Of a stretch of 45,219 nucleotides of DNA, positions 1 through 8,809 are shown in pieces. Position numbers and translations under genes: made by a program. Positions within the stretch are counted from its first letter, which is position 1. Each line of letters starts with the position of its first letter. The stretch comes from a bacterium (GTDB taxonomy: Bacteria > Electryoneota > AABM5-125-24 > Hatepunaeales > Hatepunaeaceae): assembly GCA_013202285.1 (NCBI GenBank), contig JABMRV010000113.1, forward strand, positions 1 to 45,219. The letters run 5' to 3'. The notes beneath the pieces are model-generated. The model ran no database searches and was not told the DNA's origin. It saw nothing but the letters and a program-made list of their open reading frames with translations.

Positions 1-13
1 AGGGAATGACCTT

Positions 14-213
14 TGAATAGCCGTGGGCGTAAGCCCACGGAGATGATTATAAGATAAGTTCACGATCCCGACTTATTCGGGAGTCGAACAGTACATAGCT
101 TTTAATTCCCGTTTATTTAATCCGTCAGCTGACGGATTGTGATAGGATTGCATTCTCCACCACCGGCTGACGCCGGTGGCTATTCACTGATTAATCCCGA
201 ATAAGTCGGGATT
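14..213. repeat. Composite palindromic (REP/MITE-like) element with five hairpins
   Basis: TGAATAGCCGTGGGCGTAAGCCCACGG (14-40) is mirrored by CCACCGGCTGACGCCGGTGGCTATTCA (160-186). ATCCCGACTTATTCGGGA (65-82) is mirrored within AATCCCGAATAAGTCGGGATT (193-213). A perfect palindrome AATCCGTCAGCTGACGGATT lies at 119-138. Confidence 0.75.
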
Positions 214-270
214 TTATATGGATACAATAACCCACACGAAGCAACGAAGTACTAAATAATTACAGGAATT

Positions 271-1398
271 ATGCAGGAAAAGCATCAGAATAAACCTCGA
301 CCTACAGAAAGAGAGCGTTTCGGCGCCGATCCGGCGGTTCGTGCCGTAAAGGTAGGATCGCTGACGATTGGCGGAGGAGCGCCGGTAATTGTCCAGTCGA
401 TGTGCTCGACCGATACACGCGACCTGCACGCAACGCTGGCTCAAACGCTGCGACTCGTTCAGGCTGGTTGTGAGATGGTGAGGGTAGCGGTTCCGGATGA
501 GAAAGCATCGGCGGTGCTGCCGGATATCGTCAGGGAAGCCGGCGTGCCGATTGTGGCTGACATACATTTTCATTACCAGCGTGCGCTTGAGGCGATTGCT
601 GCCGGTGTTGACAAGGTGCGCATTAATCCTGGTAATATCGGTTCACGCGACAGGGTGAAGGCTGTAGTCGATGCTGCCGGAGCTGCAGGTGTGCCAATTC
701 GCATCGGCGTCAACTCGGGTTCTCTGCCGGAGGATATCCTCGAACGCGATAATTACAGGGTTACTCCAGAGGGAATGGTCGATGCCGCCTCTCGCGAGGT
801 TGAGGCGCTGGAAAGAGAGGGTTTCAGGGATATCGTGGTGTCGATGAAAGCCTCCGATGTCATGACCATGGTCGAATGCAACAGGCTCTTTCGCAGCAAG
901 TGCGATATTCCGCTCCACCTCGGTGTAACCGAAGCCGGGTTGACTGGTTATGGTTCAATAAAATCGGCGATTGGAATAGGAACACTTTTGCTGGATCGTA
1001 TCGGCGAGACGATCCGGGTCTCATTGACAGCAGAGCCCGAAGAAGAAATACAGGCTGCCTGGTGGATACTTGAAGCGACCGGCGTCCGGAGACGCAGTCC
1101 TGAACTGGTTTCATGTCCCACCTGCGGAAGGGTTGAGATCGACATGATAAAACTGTCGATGGATGTGATGAAGATGCTTGAGGGTATCGAGATACCGTTT
1201 AAGATTGCTGTTATGGGGTGTGTAGTCAACGGACCGGGAGAAGCTCGCGACGCCGATATCGGGCTTGTCGGTGGCAAGGGCAAGGGTCTGATCATGCGGC
1301 GTGGTGAGATTATTAAGAGCGTCCCGGAAACTGAATTACTATCGGCATTCAAAGCCGAGCTTGAAACACTCTGCAAAGATTACAAACAGGAAGACTGA
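271..1398 (+). CDS. ispG: (E)-4-hydroxy-3-methylbut-2-enyl-diphosphate synthase (GcpE/IspG)
   Basis: Motifs IGGGAPVIVQSM, PIVADIHFHY, RINPGNIG, IRIGVNSGSL, PLHLGVTEAG, and the Fe-S ligands SCPTCGR and VMGCVVNGPGEA. Confidence 0.97.
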   Translation: MQEKHQNKPRPTERERFGADPAVRAVKVGSLTIGGGAPVIVQSMCSTDTRDLHATLAQTLRLVQAGCEMVRVAVPDEKASAVLPDIVREAGVPIVADIHFHYQRALEAIAAGVDKVRINPGNIGSRDRVKAVVDAAGAAGVPIRIGVNSGSLPEDILERDNYRVTPEGMVDAASREVEALEREGFRDIVVSMKASDVMTMVECNRLFRSKCDIPLHLGVTEAGLTGYGSIKSAIGIGTLLLDRIGETIRVSLTAEPEEEIQAAWWILEATGVRRRSPELVSCPTCGRVEIDMIKLSMDVMKMLEGIEIPFKIAVMGCVVNGPGEARDADIGLVGGKGKGLIMRRGEIIKSVPETELLSAFKAELETLCKDYKQED

Positions 1399-2300
1399 AA
1401 GTTATCCTTGATCCTCAGGGTGGAGTCTGCGGTGGTGTTCGTCGTGTCATTGAGGCGGCAGAAGAGGAACTGGCGAGAAGCAAAAACCAGGTATATATAC
1501 TGGGGGACATCATACATAATGAACGTGAAGTCGAACGGTTGAACAAAGCAGGTCTCAAAACGATCTATATCGAAGACCTCGACGATTTCGAGCCTTCATG
1601 CGAGGATGCGAGGATTCTAATCCGTGCGCATGGCGAACCTCCCGAAACGTTTAAAAAATTGGATCGGATGCCTGTTAAGGTGATTGACAGCGCCTGTCCG
1701 GTTGTGGTTAAATCACAGAATCTCGCTGATAAGTACCACCGCGAAGGCTACCAGGTCGCTATAATCGGTAAACACGGTCACCCTGAGATGATAGGAATCG
1801 TGGGGCACACCAATAAGGAAGCGGTGATCGTGCAGTATGATGAGGATGTGAAGAAATTGGAGCGCGGTAAACCCACGCTGGTCATGTCTCAGACAACGAT
1901 TTCATTGGATAAGTTCAATGAGATGACACGCAAGATTGAAGACTGGGTGGGTGAGATAATTGTCCGGAATACGATATGCAAATCGGTTATTAATAGAGGG
2001 GAAAATCTCAACAAGTTTGCCCGCCAGGTGGATGTGCTGCTGGTTGTGGGAGGACACAAATCCTCCAACACCCAGATGCTGCATGACGCCTGTAAAACTA
2101 TAAATCCACGCAGTTATCATGTCGCGACTCCCGAGGAGATCGAACTGTCATGGTTCAACAGCAGCGACCGGGTCGGCATCACCGGATCGGCTTCGACACC
2201 GCTCTGGCTGCTTGAGGAATTCGTCGAAACGCTTGAAAGATGGATTGAAACCCGACTTGCAAGCAAGTCGGGCCACCCGACAAACCACCCATTGATCTGA
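1395..2300 (+). CDS. ispH: 4-hydroxy-3-methylbut-2-enyl diphosphate reductase (LytB/IspH), probable CTG start
   Basis: Motifs LIRAHG, VIDSACPVV, IGKHGHPE, SQTT, RNTIC, VVGGHKSSNT and GITGSASTP. The frame extends 48 codons upstream of the ORF-track start (1539) to give (L/M)KVILDPQGGVCGGVRRVIE...LGDIIHNERE, the conserved IspH N-terminus with the first Fe-S Cys. It begins at CTG 1395-1397. Confidence 0.93.
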   Translation: MKVILDPQGGVCGGVRRVIEAAEEELARSKNQVYILGDIIHNEREVERLNKAGLKTIYIEDLDDFEPSCEDARILIRAHGEPPETFKKLDRMPVKVIDSACPVVVKSQNLADKYHREGYQVAIIGKHGHPEMIGIVGHTNKEAVIVQYDEDVKKLERGKPTLVMSQTTISLDKFNEMTRKIEDWVGEIIVRNTICKSVINRGENLNKFARQVDVLLVVGGHKSSNTQMLHDACKTINPRSYHVATPEEIELSWFNSSDRVGITGSASTPLWLLEEFVETLERWIETRLASKSGHPTNHPLI

Positions 2301-2308
2301 AAGAAGTA

Positions 2309-4072
2309 TCAACTGCTGTTAAACCAGATCGGTAAATCGGCAAACCGGTGTTTCATCTCATCGATGCAGTAATGTTCAAGTTCCTCGGCAGTATCAAACT
2401 CGAAAGCCTTCTCAGCGAAATCCACCGCCTCTTCATAGCTCATCGAACGGATAATCTTCTTAATCTCACCCAACGCCAGCGGACTTACGGACAGTTCATT
2501 CAGTTTCAATCCGACCAGCAGCATGGTTGCTGCCGGATTTGCCGCCATCTCACCGCACATTGCAACGTCAATACCTGCTGAATGCGCTGCCTCAACGGTT
2601 GTTTTTATCATACGGATCATGGCTGGATGAAGAGGTCTGAACAACATCCTGACCCGCTCGTTTCCACGGTCGACCGCCAGAACGAACTGAGTGAGGTCGT
2701 TGGTGCCGATGCTGAAAAAATCAACCTCCTCCGCTATGCTGTCAGCCATAACCACCGCGGAGGGCAGTTCGATCATGGCGCCGATCTCAATATCCGGATT
2801 CATTTCGACCTGTTCGGTTTCAAGTTCGCTCTTGACCTCTTCGAGCATCTCCTTTAATCGCCTGATCTCATGGACATCGGAGATCAGTGGGAACATTATT
2901 TTAGTCGGACCGGCAACGGCGGCTCTCAGCACTGCCCGCAACTGTGTTCTCAGCAGATTGGGATGGTCGAAGAAAACCCTGATCGCACGCCAGCCCATGA
3001 AGGGATTGGGTTCGGCTGGTAACGGCAGGTCGGTGAAGACCTTGTCACCGCCGAGATCGAATGTCCTGATGGTTACCGGGTGCGGAGCGACTGATTCGAT
3101 GACCTTCCGGTAATCCCGGTACTGATCCTCCTCATCGGGGATCACGTTGCGTGTGAGAAAAAGGTACTCCGACCGGAACAGACCGATCCCTTCGCCGCCG
3201 TGTTTGAGAACAGCGCCCGCTTCGCCCGGCAGCTCAATGTTTGCTTTCAGAAAAATCCGATGTCCATCGGTCGTCTCTGCCGGAAGATGCTCGATATCCG
3301 ACAGGCTCTCTAAGTATTCCTCATATCTTTTTCGTTTAACTATATAGCTTTTGGTTGTAAGCTTCTGTGGATTGAGAATTATCTTGCCGGAATTGCCATT
3401 GACAATAATTCTGTCGCCGTTTTGAACGAGAGTTGTCAATTCTCTGAGTCCAACCACCGACGGAACTTCCAGCGAACGAGTCAGGATAGCCGTGTGCGAT
3501 GTGGATCCTCCCAAATCGGCGGCGACTGCTTGAATGTTCTGGCGCAGCAGGTGGATCACATCTGACGGGAGGAGATCATCGGTAACGATTACTGCAGGAT
3601 GTTCTAACGGTCCGATTGTTACGTCTCCCTTGCCCAGGAGGTTCTTGACAATTCGATGTCCCACATCGCGGACGTCCTGTGCTTTACAGCGAAAAACTTC
3701 ATCATCCATGGCAGCGAAGGCGTCATGGAAACTGTGTGCTGTCCGATGAACAATTGCCTCTGCGTTCAGTCCATCTTTGCGTATGCCGCGTCTGATCATT
3801 CCGGTAAACTCAATATCGTCCAGCATCGCCGATTGCGCCTCAAATATCCGTGCCACAGCCTCGCCAACCAGTTTAGCCATTCTGTTGCGTAGAGCTGTTA
3901 GTTGCCGCCTGGTCTGCTTCAGACTCTCCTCAAAGCGTTCAATCTCGGACTCCAGCATTGTTTTGGTAACCGGGTATTCACGGAACTCCGGTTCATCATG
4001 CTTGAAGAGGAAGACTTCACCGATGGCGATTCCCGGCGCCGCGGGTATGCCTGTTAATGTTTTTTCTGCCAA
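2309..4072 (-). CDS. ptsI: Phosphoenolpyruvate-protein phosphotransferase (PTS enzyme I)
   Basis: GIPAAPGIAIG N-terminus, phospho-His motif GGSTSHTAILTRSL, and GIGLFRSEYLF, TIRTFDLGGDK, NPFMGWRAIR, DFFSIGTNDLTQF, MCGEMA. TTG start preceded by AGGAAGAGAG. Confidence 0.96.
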   Translation of the reverse strand: MAEKTLTGIPAAPGIAIGEVFLFKHDEPEFREYPVTKTMLESEIERFEESLKQTRRQLTALRNRMAKLVGEAVARIFEAQSAMLDDIEFTGMIRRGIRKDGLNAEAIVHRTAHSFHDAFAAMDDEVFRCKAQDVRDVGHRIVKNLLGKGDVTIGPLEHPAVIVTDDLLPSDVIHLLRQNIQAVAADLGGSTSHTAILTRSLEVPSVVGLRELTTLVQNGDRIIVNGNSGKIILNPQKLTTKSYIVKRKRYEEYLESLSDIEHLPAETTDGHRIFLKANIELPGEAGAVLKHGGEGIGLFRSEYLFLTRNVIPDEEDQYRDYRKVIESVAPHPVTIRTFDLGGDKVFTDLPLPAEPNPFMGWRAIRVFFDHPNLLRTQLRAVLRAAVAGPTKIMFPLISDVHEIRRLKEMLEEVKSELETEQVEMNPDIEIGAMIELPSAVVMADSIAEEVDFFSIGTNDLTQFVLAVDRGNERVRMLFRPLHPAMIRMIKTTVEAAHSAGIDVAMCGEMAANPAATMLLVGLKLNELSVSPLALGEIKKIIRSMSYEEAVDFAEKAFEFDTAEELEHYCIDEMKHRFADLPIWFNSS

Positions 4073-4123
4073 ACTCTCTTCCTAACGAATAGGATTAGAT
4101 TTATTAGGTTCTCCTTCCCATAA

Positions 4124-4165
4124 TCCCCCCGGTTACCGGGCGGGGGGGAATTGAAGGGGGGGTCT
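4124..4165. repeat. C/G-run hairpin (REP-like) upstream of ptsI
   Basis: TCCCCCC-GGTTACCGGGC-GGGGGGGA followed by ATTGAAGGGGGGGTCT. Confidence 0.45.
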
Positions 4166-4190
4166 TATTATAGTTGTTTAATCATTATAT

Positions 4191-4406
4191 CGTCATTCCG
4201 GTGAAACAGACTATCCGAGAATGGAAATAAACTGCGTTCTGTCAGGTCTTGCGCCGCCAGGCGTGTGACCTGACAGATCCACCCACTCGTGTTGTTAGTT
4301 GTTAATTCAATACTTACCGTCGGGTCACATCCCGCGGTGCGGGACAAGACCCGACGGAACGCACTCGATATTCTATTCTCAGACAGACTGCTGCGCGGGA
4401 ATGACA
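4191..4406. mobile_element. ~215-bp nested palindromic element (MITE/BIME-like)
   Basis: Imperfect ~34-bp terminal inverted repeats (GTCATTCCGGTG...GAGAATGG at 4191-4224 and CTATTCTC...GCGGGAATGACA at 4373-4406). They enclose two inversely oriented related hairpins, CTGTCAGGTC...GACCTGACAG (4239-4276) and CCGTCGGGTC...GACCCGACGG (4317-4357). Confidence 0.65.
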
Positions 4407-4429
4407 CAGAGGAACTTTATCAATAAACA

Positions 4430-7400
4430 CTATTTCACCAGTACCACCTTTTTTATCCGGTTTCCATCAACACTATTCAACCCGATCAGGTACAAACCGC
4501 TCGGCAACTTTTCGGCATTCCACTGAACGCGATATGTTCCTGCATCGTATTTGCCGAAAGCCAGAATTCCCACTTCCCTGCCAGAAAGGTCGTATGTTTT
4601 TAGCGTTACCTCTCCTGGGCTTTCGATTGAGAATATAACCGTCAGACTGCTGTTGAATGGATTTGGATAGAGCGAGTTAATGCCGAATTCGACCGGAAGG
4701 GATTCCGCCTCAACCGCAGCAACTCCCCAGCCGTCGTTAATCCAGCCCTCGCCGAAACCATCAAGCCAGTGGAGGGTGAGTTCTTTGCCATTGGAGAGAC
4801 ATATAACCGGAGATTCTCCTTCGACGAGACCTTCAACTGCACCAGTGGTTGAATCGTCACCTCTGAGGGTGATTCCGCATCTGCCATCACGGTCAACCAC
4901 ACCTCGCCCGACAATAATGCCCTTGCCGTTGAAGGCTTCGAGACGAGTGCCGGGATTGAGACTCTCAGTCAGGAGGAGCAGGCTGTATGAAGAGCCGGTG
5001 CCGGGAATCTCCGACAACCAGGTAATCTCGTCATCACTGTAATAATTCAGGTAAGCCGCTCTCTCATCTCCGAGTTGATAGACAAACCTCACATCGGTGT
5101 CAACATTCACATAGTAACCGGTGCCCTCATGCATGGGGGGCATATTCGAGAAATCCCAAGCCGGGATATAAAAACCGTTTCCTCCGCTCTTGGCGATGAC
5201 GAGAGCGTCACCCAGTCCGGCGAGAGCAGTCCTCACATCTACAGCCTGTCGGGGGAGATATGATATCAAGTTCCAGCCTTCGGACAGATCGATCGGAGTA
5301 TCCCAGGGGATAACTTCGCCTTCCACCTGCAGAACACAATCCCCCGCCATCTTCATCTTGTAACCCTGCAATCCCTGCCAGGGCTGGAGGTTGTTATATC
5401 CCGTTTCGGGATGATAGAAACTGCCGAAACCGTCTTTGATTAGAATCAACAAATTTTCAGATACGAGAGGTTCCATCAACTCAGGGATGTCTTCCTCGGT
5501 AGGCTGCACGTTCAGAGAAACACTGTTCCAGCCGATTTTGAGTCTTATATTTCGCTGGGATAAACCTCCCTCACCGGTAATTGAAAGATCCACCTGTACG
5601 ACGTTCTCCCCGCCGATGCCGTCATGCGTAAAGAGCAGCTCGGCTGAGTAGTCGGTTTCCGGAAGCATTCCTTCACTGCTGAGAGTTACCGTGAACTGCT
5701 CGTGGTCGTTGGCTTCGAGGACACCCTCGACCGGATCGACTGTAATCCAATCCGTCCGTGAGGCGAGATGAAAGATCGTCAGGTGATCGGGAGACTGTAT
5801 AATGCTGACCATAACCCAGCTATACGGATCATAGCGGTTGGTGACGGATATGCCGCCGGGACGGCATTCCGCGATGAAGTCGATCTGTGCCGCAGACAGC
5901 ATCTCGCCGTTGTCGGGATTAATCTTGAATATTTCCAAATCTGTCTCATCGCCGCGTGAGAATGAATAGAGGTTGTATCCATCCGGGGCTTCGGTCCAGT
6001 ATGCCAGTCCGTATGTGCGCAGATCGCCCGGACGTGCAATCTCTGCCTGCTGGTTGCCGTTGACGTCGATGCCGATGAAATTTGAGGTGATATTCGCCGT
6101 CCAGAACAGGTTTCGATCCGGATCCCAGGTCAGATTGCGATAGGATTGTGCGTCGGTTTGCATTGACGTAATCAATTCTCCTCCGGTGGTGAAGCCATAG
6201 AGGATGCCGCTGACGTCGTCTCCGCCCCATAGCAATGTGCCGTCCCAGGTCAGGTCGCGGATGCCATAACGTGACTCGCTGAACTGCTCGAACCGGCGTT
6301 GGAGTTCGCCGTCGCTGTTAAGAACGTATATATAATTAATATTCTCACCGTTGTTACCGCCCGAAACATAGAAACAGCCATCCGCGAAAACTATGCCGTT
6401 GATAAAGGTGTCCTCAAGGAGTTCCTCAAGGTTTGTCGAATCTCTTAGCTCCCACGGCTCGGCATCGACTCCTTCAGGGAATACTCTCTCTATCGACCAT
6501 CTGAGAGGTCCATTGCCAATGTTTGAGATCTCTCGCCCGATTTCCAACCGATCATCCGGTTCAAGCGAAACTTCGATTATTCCAGGTTCGATTCTGAATT
6601 CTGAATACAGCAGGGCAAAGTCGATTGTTACGTCGGCTTCGTTCTCGATGACTACTTCGCGCTCCCACATAGGCAGGTAATCTTCGGCGGTCACCACCAG
6701 ATCGTAAGTCCAGGCGGGAATTTCGGGGAATTCATATTCACCATTTTCATCTGTTTCAGTGAAGTAACGATAATAATCGACGGTTACGACCGCGTTGGCA
6801 ACCGGCTGTTCAAACTCCGCTTCTATCACCCTTCCATGCAGTCTGCCGAAGCCCTCAACCACGAACAGCGACCACGGCAGCTCAACATACAACATATTAC
6901 GGGCATTGGATTCCAGGATGACTACACCCTCATACTCACCAAGTTCCAGCCCCTCCGTTTCCGCTGAGAATGTCAATACGCCCAATTCGCGGGGATTGAC
7001 CGTCAGCTCAGCCGGTTCAACCGACAGCCAGTTTTCCAGATCTTCTGGGATAGTCACAAAGCAGGTTACCGCATAAACGTCGTCATCCTCTTCGGTTGTG
7101 TTTGTGACCTCCAACTCGAACTCACCAGTCTGACCGGAGGCGACCGGACCGAAGTCGATGACTTCCGCAGATAGCTCAGCCTCACCACCGTAGAGCGGCG
7201 CGTCCGATTCTACCCAGCCCGGATCGGCTGCATCCTCACCGTTGTTGGCGCCAAGCCTGGCGTCGTTGCCTGTTTCGGACAGGTCTTCGACAGTCTGACC
7301 CTCGCCCTCGTCGAATCGCCAGTAGCCGATCAGACCATCTTCCTGCCCTGACAGCAGCGCGCTCATCGTGCGTCGTATATCGTCTTCGTCACGGGCATAG

Positions 7401-7948
7401 TTCCAGATGCGAACCTCTTCGATAATCCCTTCGAACCAGTCTGTGTTCACGTTGCCCAGTCTGCCGAAGAATACGTCGGTGTCATATCCCGTGATTGAGC
7501 CTTCGATCTCCGTTTCGCCTGCCAACTCGCCGTTCATATAAAGCTTTATAATCTCACCGTCATAAGTAGCGGCAAGGTGGTGCCATTCACCTAGTTCAAT
7601 CATTCCCTGGTCGGACCTCGCTGAGTTTGCATTGTTGTTGATGGTAAAGCAGATTCCCACATAACCATCCTGATGACGGTTCAGCAACCATTGATAATGA
7701 GGCGCCTGGTGAACAACATACGGTTTATTGATGATGGAGTCCCACCTGTCGCGAGCCGTTACCTGATCCGGTTTGATCCAGACTTCCAGTGTGATATGCT
7801 CGCAGTTGTAAACGTCATCTCTCGCTACAAATGTGTGATCTCCCTGATTGCCGTCCGAAACATAGTCCAAAGCATGACCGGCTTGAGCGTAGATCGCACT
7901 CGGAAGGCTGCAGAAAATAATGACAAGTAATAAAATAATTGGTTTCAT
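4430..7948 (-). CDS. Secreted multidomain protein: LamG/concanavalin-like domain, Ig-like, carboxypeptidase regulatory-like domain, beta-propeller-like insert, T9SS type-A C-terminal sorting domain
   Basis: Signal peptide MKPIILLLVIIFCSLPSAIYAQ at ATG 7948, preceded by GAGAG. LamG motifs ITLEVWIK, WHHLAATYDG..IKLYMNG, FEGIIEEVRIWN and GYWRFDEG. GRLHGRV...TDENGEY is CarboxypepD_reg-like. CTD: LYPNPFNS...YDLSGREV...LPSGLYLI...KKVVLVK. Confidence 0.85.
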   Translation of the reverse strand: MKPIILLLVIIFCSLPSAIYAQAGHALDYVSDGNQGDHTFVARDDVYNCEHITLEVWIKPDQVTARDRWDSIINKPYVVHQAPHYQWLLNRHQDGYVGICFTINNNANSARSDQGMIELGEWHHLAATYDGEIIKLYMNGELAGETEIEGSITGYDTDVFFGRLGNVNTDWFEGIIEEVRIWNYARDEDDIRRTMSALLSGQEDGLIGYWRFDEGEGQTVEDLSETGNDARLGANNGEDAADPGWVESDAPLYGGEAELSAEVIDFGPVASGQTGEFELEVTNTTEEDDDVYAVTCFVTIPEDLENWLSVEPAELTVNPRELGVLTFSAETEGLELGEYEGVVILESNARNMLYVELPWSLFVVEGFGRLHGRVIEAEFEQPVANAVVTVDYYRYFTETDENGEYEFPEIPAWTYDLVVTAEDYLPMWEREVVIENEADVTIDFALLYSEFRIEPGIIEVSLEPDDRLEIGREISNIGNGPLRWSIERVFPEGVDAEPWELRDSTNLEELLEDTFINGIVFADGCFYVSGGNNGENINYIYVLNSDGELQRRFEQFSESRYGIRDLTWDGTLLWGGDDVSGILYGFTTGGELITSMQTDAQSYRNLTWDPDRNLFWTANITSNFIGIDVNGNQQAEIARPGDLRTYGLAYWTEAPDGYNLYSFSRGDETDLEIFKINPDNGEMLSAAQIDFIAECRPGGISVTNRYDPYSWVMVSIIQSPDHLTIFHLASRTDWITVDPVEGVLEANDHEQFTVTLSSEGMLPETDYSAELLFTHDGIGGENVVQVDLSITGEGGLSQRNIRLKIGWNSVSLNVQPTEEDIPELMEPLVSENLLILIKDGFGSFYHPETGYNNLQPWQGLQGYKMKMAGDCVLQVEGEVIPWDTPIDLSEGWNLISYLPRQAVDVRTALAGLGDALVIAKSGGNGFYIPAWDFSNMPPMHEGTGYYVNVDTDVRFVYQLGDERAAYLNYYSDDEITWLSEIPGTGSSYSLLLLTESLNPGTRLEAFNGKGIIVGRGVVDRDGRCGITLRGDDSTTGAVEGLVEGESPVICLSNGKELTLHWLDGFGEGWINDGWGVAAVEAESLPVEFGINSLYPNPFNSSLTVIFSIESPGEVTLKTYDLSGREVGILAFGKYDAGTYRVQWNAEKLPSGLYLIGLNSVDGNRIKKVVLVK

Positions 7949-7996
7949 TGCTGATCTCTCTTTTTGAACAGTAGTCTGTACCCTTGTGGTGCAGGT

Positions 7997-8028
7997 TGAA
8001 AAGAATCCCGGACTACAAGAGATCCGGG
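7997..8028 (-). terminator. Putative intrinsic terminator at the end of the small-gene array
   Basis: Minus strand reads GCCCGGA-TCTCTTGTAG-TCCGGG-ATTCTTTTC. The stem overlaps the stop codon of the 80-aa ORF. Confidence 0.4.
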
Positions 8029-8255
8029 CTACGAGCTTCCATTTTTTGCCTTGCCTTAAGCTCTTGAGATGTTGTCCCATAGTATCCCTTGATGCCGCAA
8101 GATATTACAAAACCAAAGAATATAAGACCGATACCGAGGACTCCGTCCCATCCAATCTTAGGATACAGAAGGAAAAGACCTGGTGTAAAAAGAGCAGCGC
8201 CGATCATTCTTCTGATACTCTCTGGAGACTTAAACTCTGTCCAGCCGAGTTCCAT
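8013..8255 (-). CDS. Small membrane protein, 80 aa, two hydrophobic segments
   Basis: RBS CAGGAG plus the shared GAGTAA-NNA-ATG start context. Hydrophobic stretches MIGAALFTPGLFLLY and GVLGIGLIFFGFVISCGI. Confidence 0.65.
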   Translation of the reverse strand: MELGWTEFKSPESIRRMIGAALFTPGLFLLYPKIGWDGVLGIGLIFFGFVISCGIKGYYGTTSQELKARQKMEARSPDLL

Positions 8256-8281
8256 TAGTTACTCCTGTTTTTTCATGACTT

Positions 8282-8341
8282 AAGTTGATTTGAAAGCGTC
8301 CTGCACCGACTCTGAAACAGGATCAGCTCTTAGCGTTTATC
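8282..8341. repeat. Intergenic direct repeat, copy 1
   Basis: AAGTTGATTTGAAAGCGTCCT...CTGAAACAGGATCAGCT...CGTTTATC. Confidence 0.9.
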
Positions 8342-8518
8342 TCTTTTCCACATAGCATTCATTTTATAATATACTGTCAGTGCTCCAACACCACAGAGCA
8401 CACCAAGACCATAGAGAACTACTGATCCTGTTTCCCTTCCTACGGCTACAAAGACTATGCATCCGGCGGCTAGCTGGAGAATTATATAGGTTACTACAAT
8501 CATTTTAAGTAATTTCAT
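8330..8518 (-). CDS. Small membrane protein, 62 aa, two hydrophobic segments, ends DKR
   Basis: RBS GGAG in GATGGAGTAATGAATG. Segments IVVTYIILQLAAGCIVFVAV and VVLYGLGVLCGVGALTVYY. Confidence 0.7.
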   Translation of the reverse strand: MKLLKMIVVTYIILQLAAGCIVFVAVGRETGSVVLYGLGVLCGVGALTVYYKMNAMWKRDKR

Positions 8519-8533
8519 TCATTACTCCATCTC

Positions 8534-8589
8534 AAGTTGATTTGAAAGCGTCCTACACAAGCCTGAAACAGGATCAGCTATCGTTTATC
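8534..8589. repeat. Intergenic direct repeat, copy 2
   Basis: AAGTTGATTTGAAAGCGTCCT...CTGAAACAGGATCAGCT-AT-CGTTTATC, 252 bp from copy 1. Confidence 0.9.
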
Positions 8590-8793
8590 AACCGGTCTTG
8601 AATCCCATGGATTGCCATCCGAAATACACCACAGAATAAACAATCCCAATACTAATAATACAGCGAACACAACCCAACACCAAAAGAGCACATCAACAAA
8701 AGCGTCGGATACTTGTATCCCTACTATTACCATAAATAATGCGAATATAGCGAAGATTAATGCGGGCACTTTAAGCTTTTCAGGGAACTTCAT
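8578..8793 (-). CDS. Small membrane protein, 71 aa, two hydrophobic segments, ends DKR
   Basis: Start context CAGAGTAATCAATG. Segments ALIFAIFALFMVIVGI and VLFWCWVVFAVLLVLGLFILWCI. Confidence 0.7.
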   Translation of the reverse strand: MKFPEKLKVPALIFAIFALFMVIVGIQVSDAFVDVLFWCWVVFAVLLVLGLFILWCISDGNPWDSRPVDKR

Positions 8794-8809
8794 TGATTAC
8801 TCTGAATTT

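Noticed and set aside
1539-2300. ispH as a truncated gene or pseudogene starting at TTG 1539
   Set aside because: The missing conserved N-terminus is present in frame from CTG 1395 with no stop or frameshift.
7949-8080. 44-codon N-terminal extension of the LamG/CTD protein given by the ORF track
   Set aside because: It overlaps the 80-aa gene and a terminator-like hairpin. The signal peptide and RBS fit ATG 7948.
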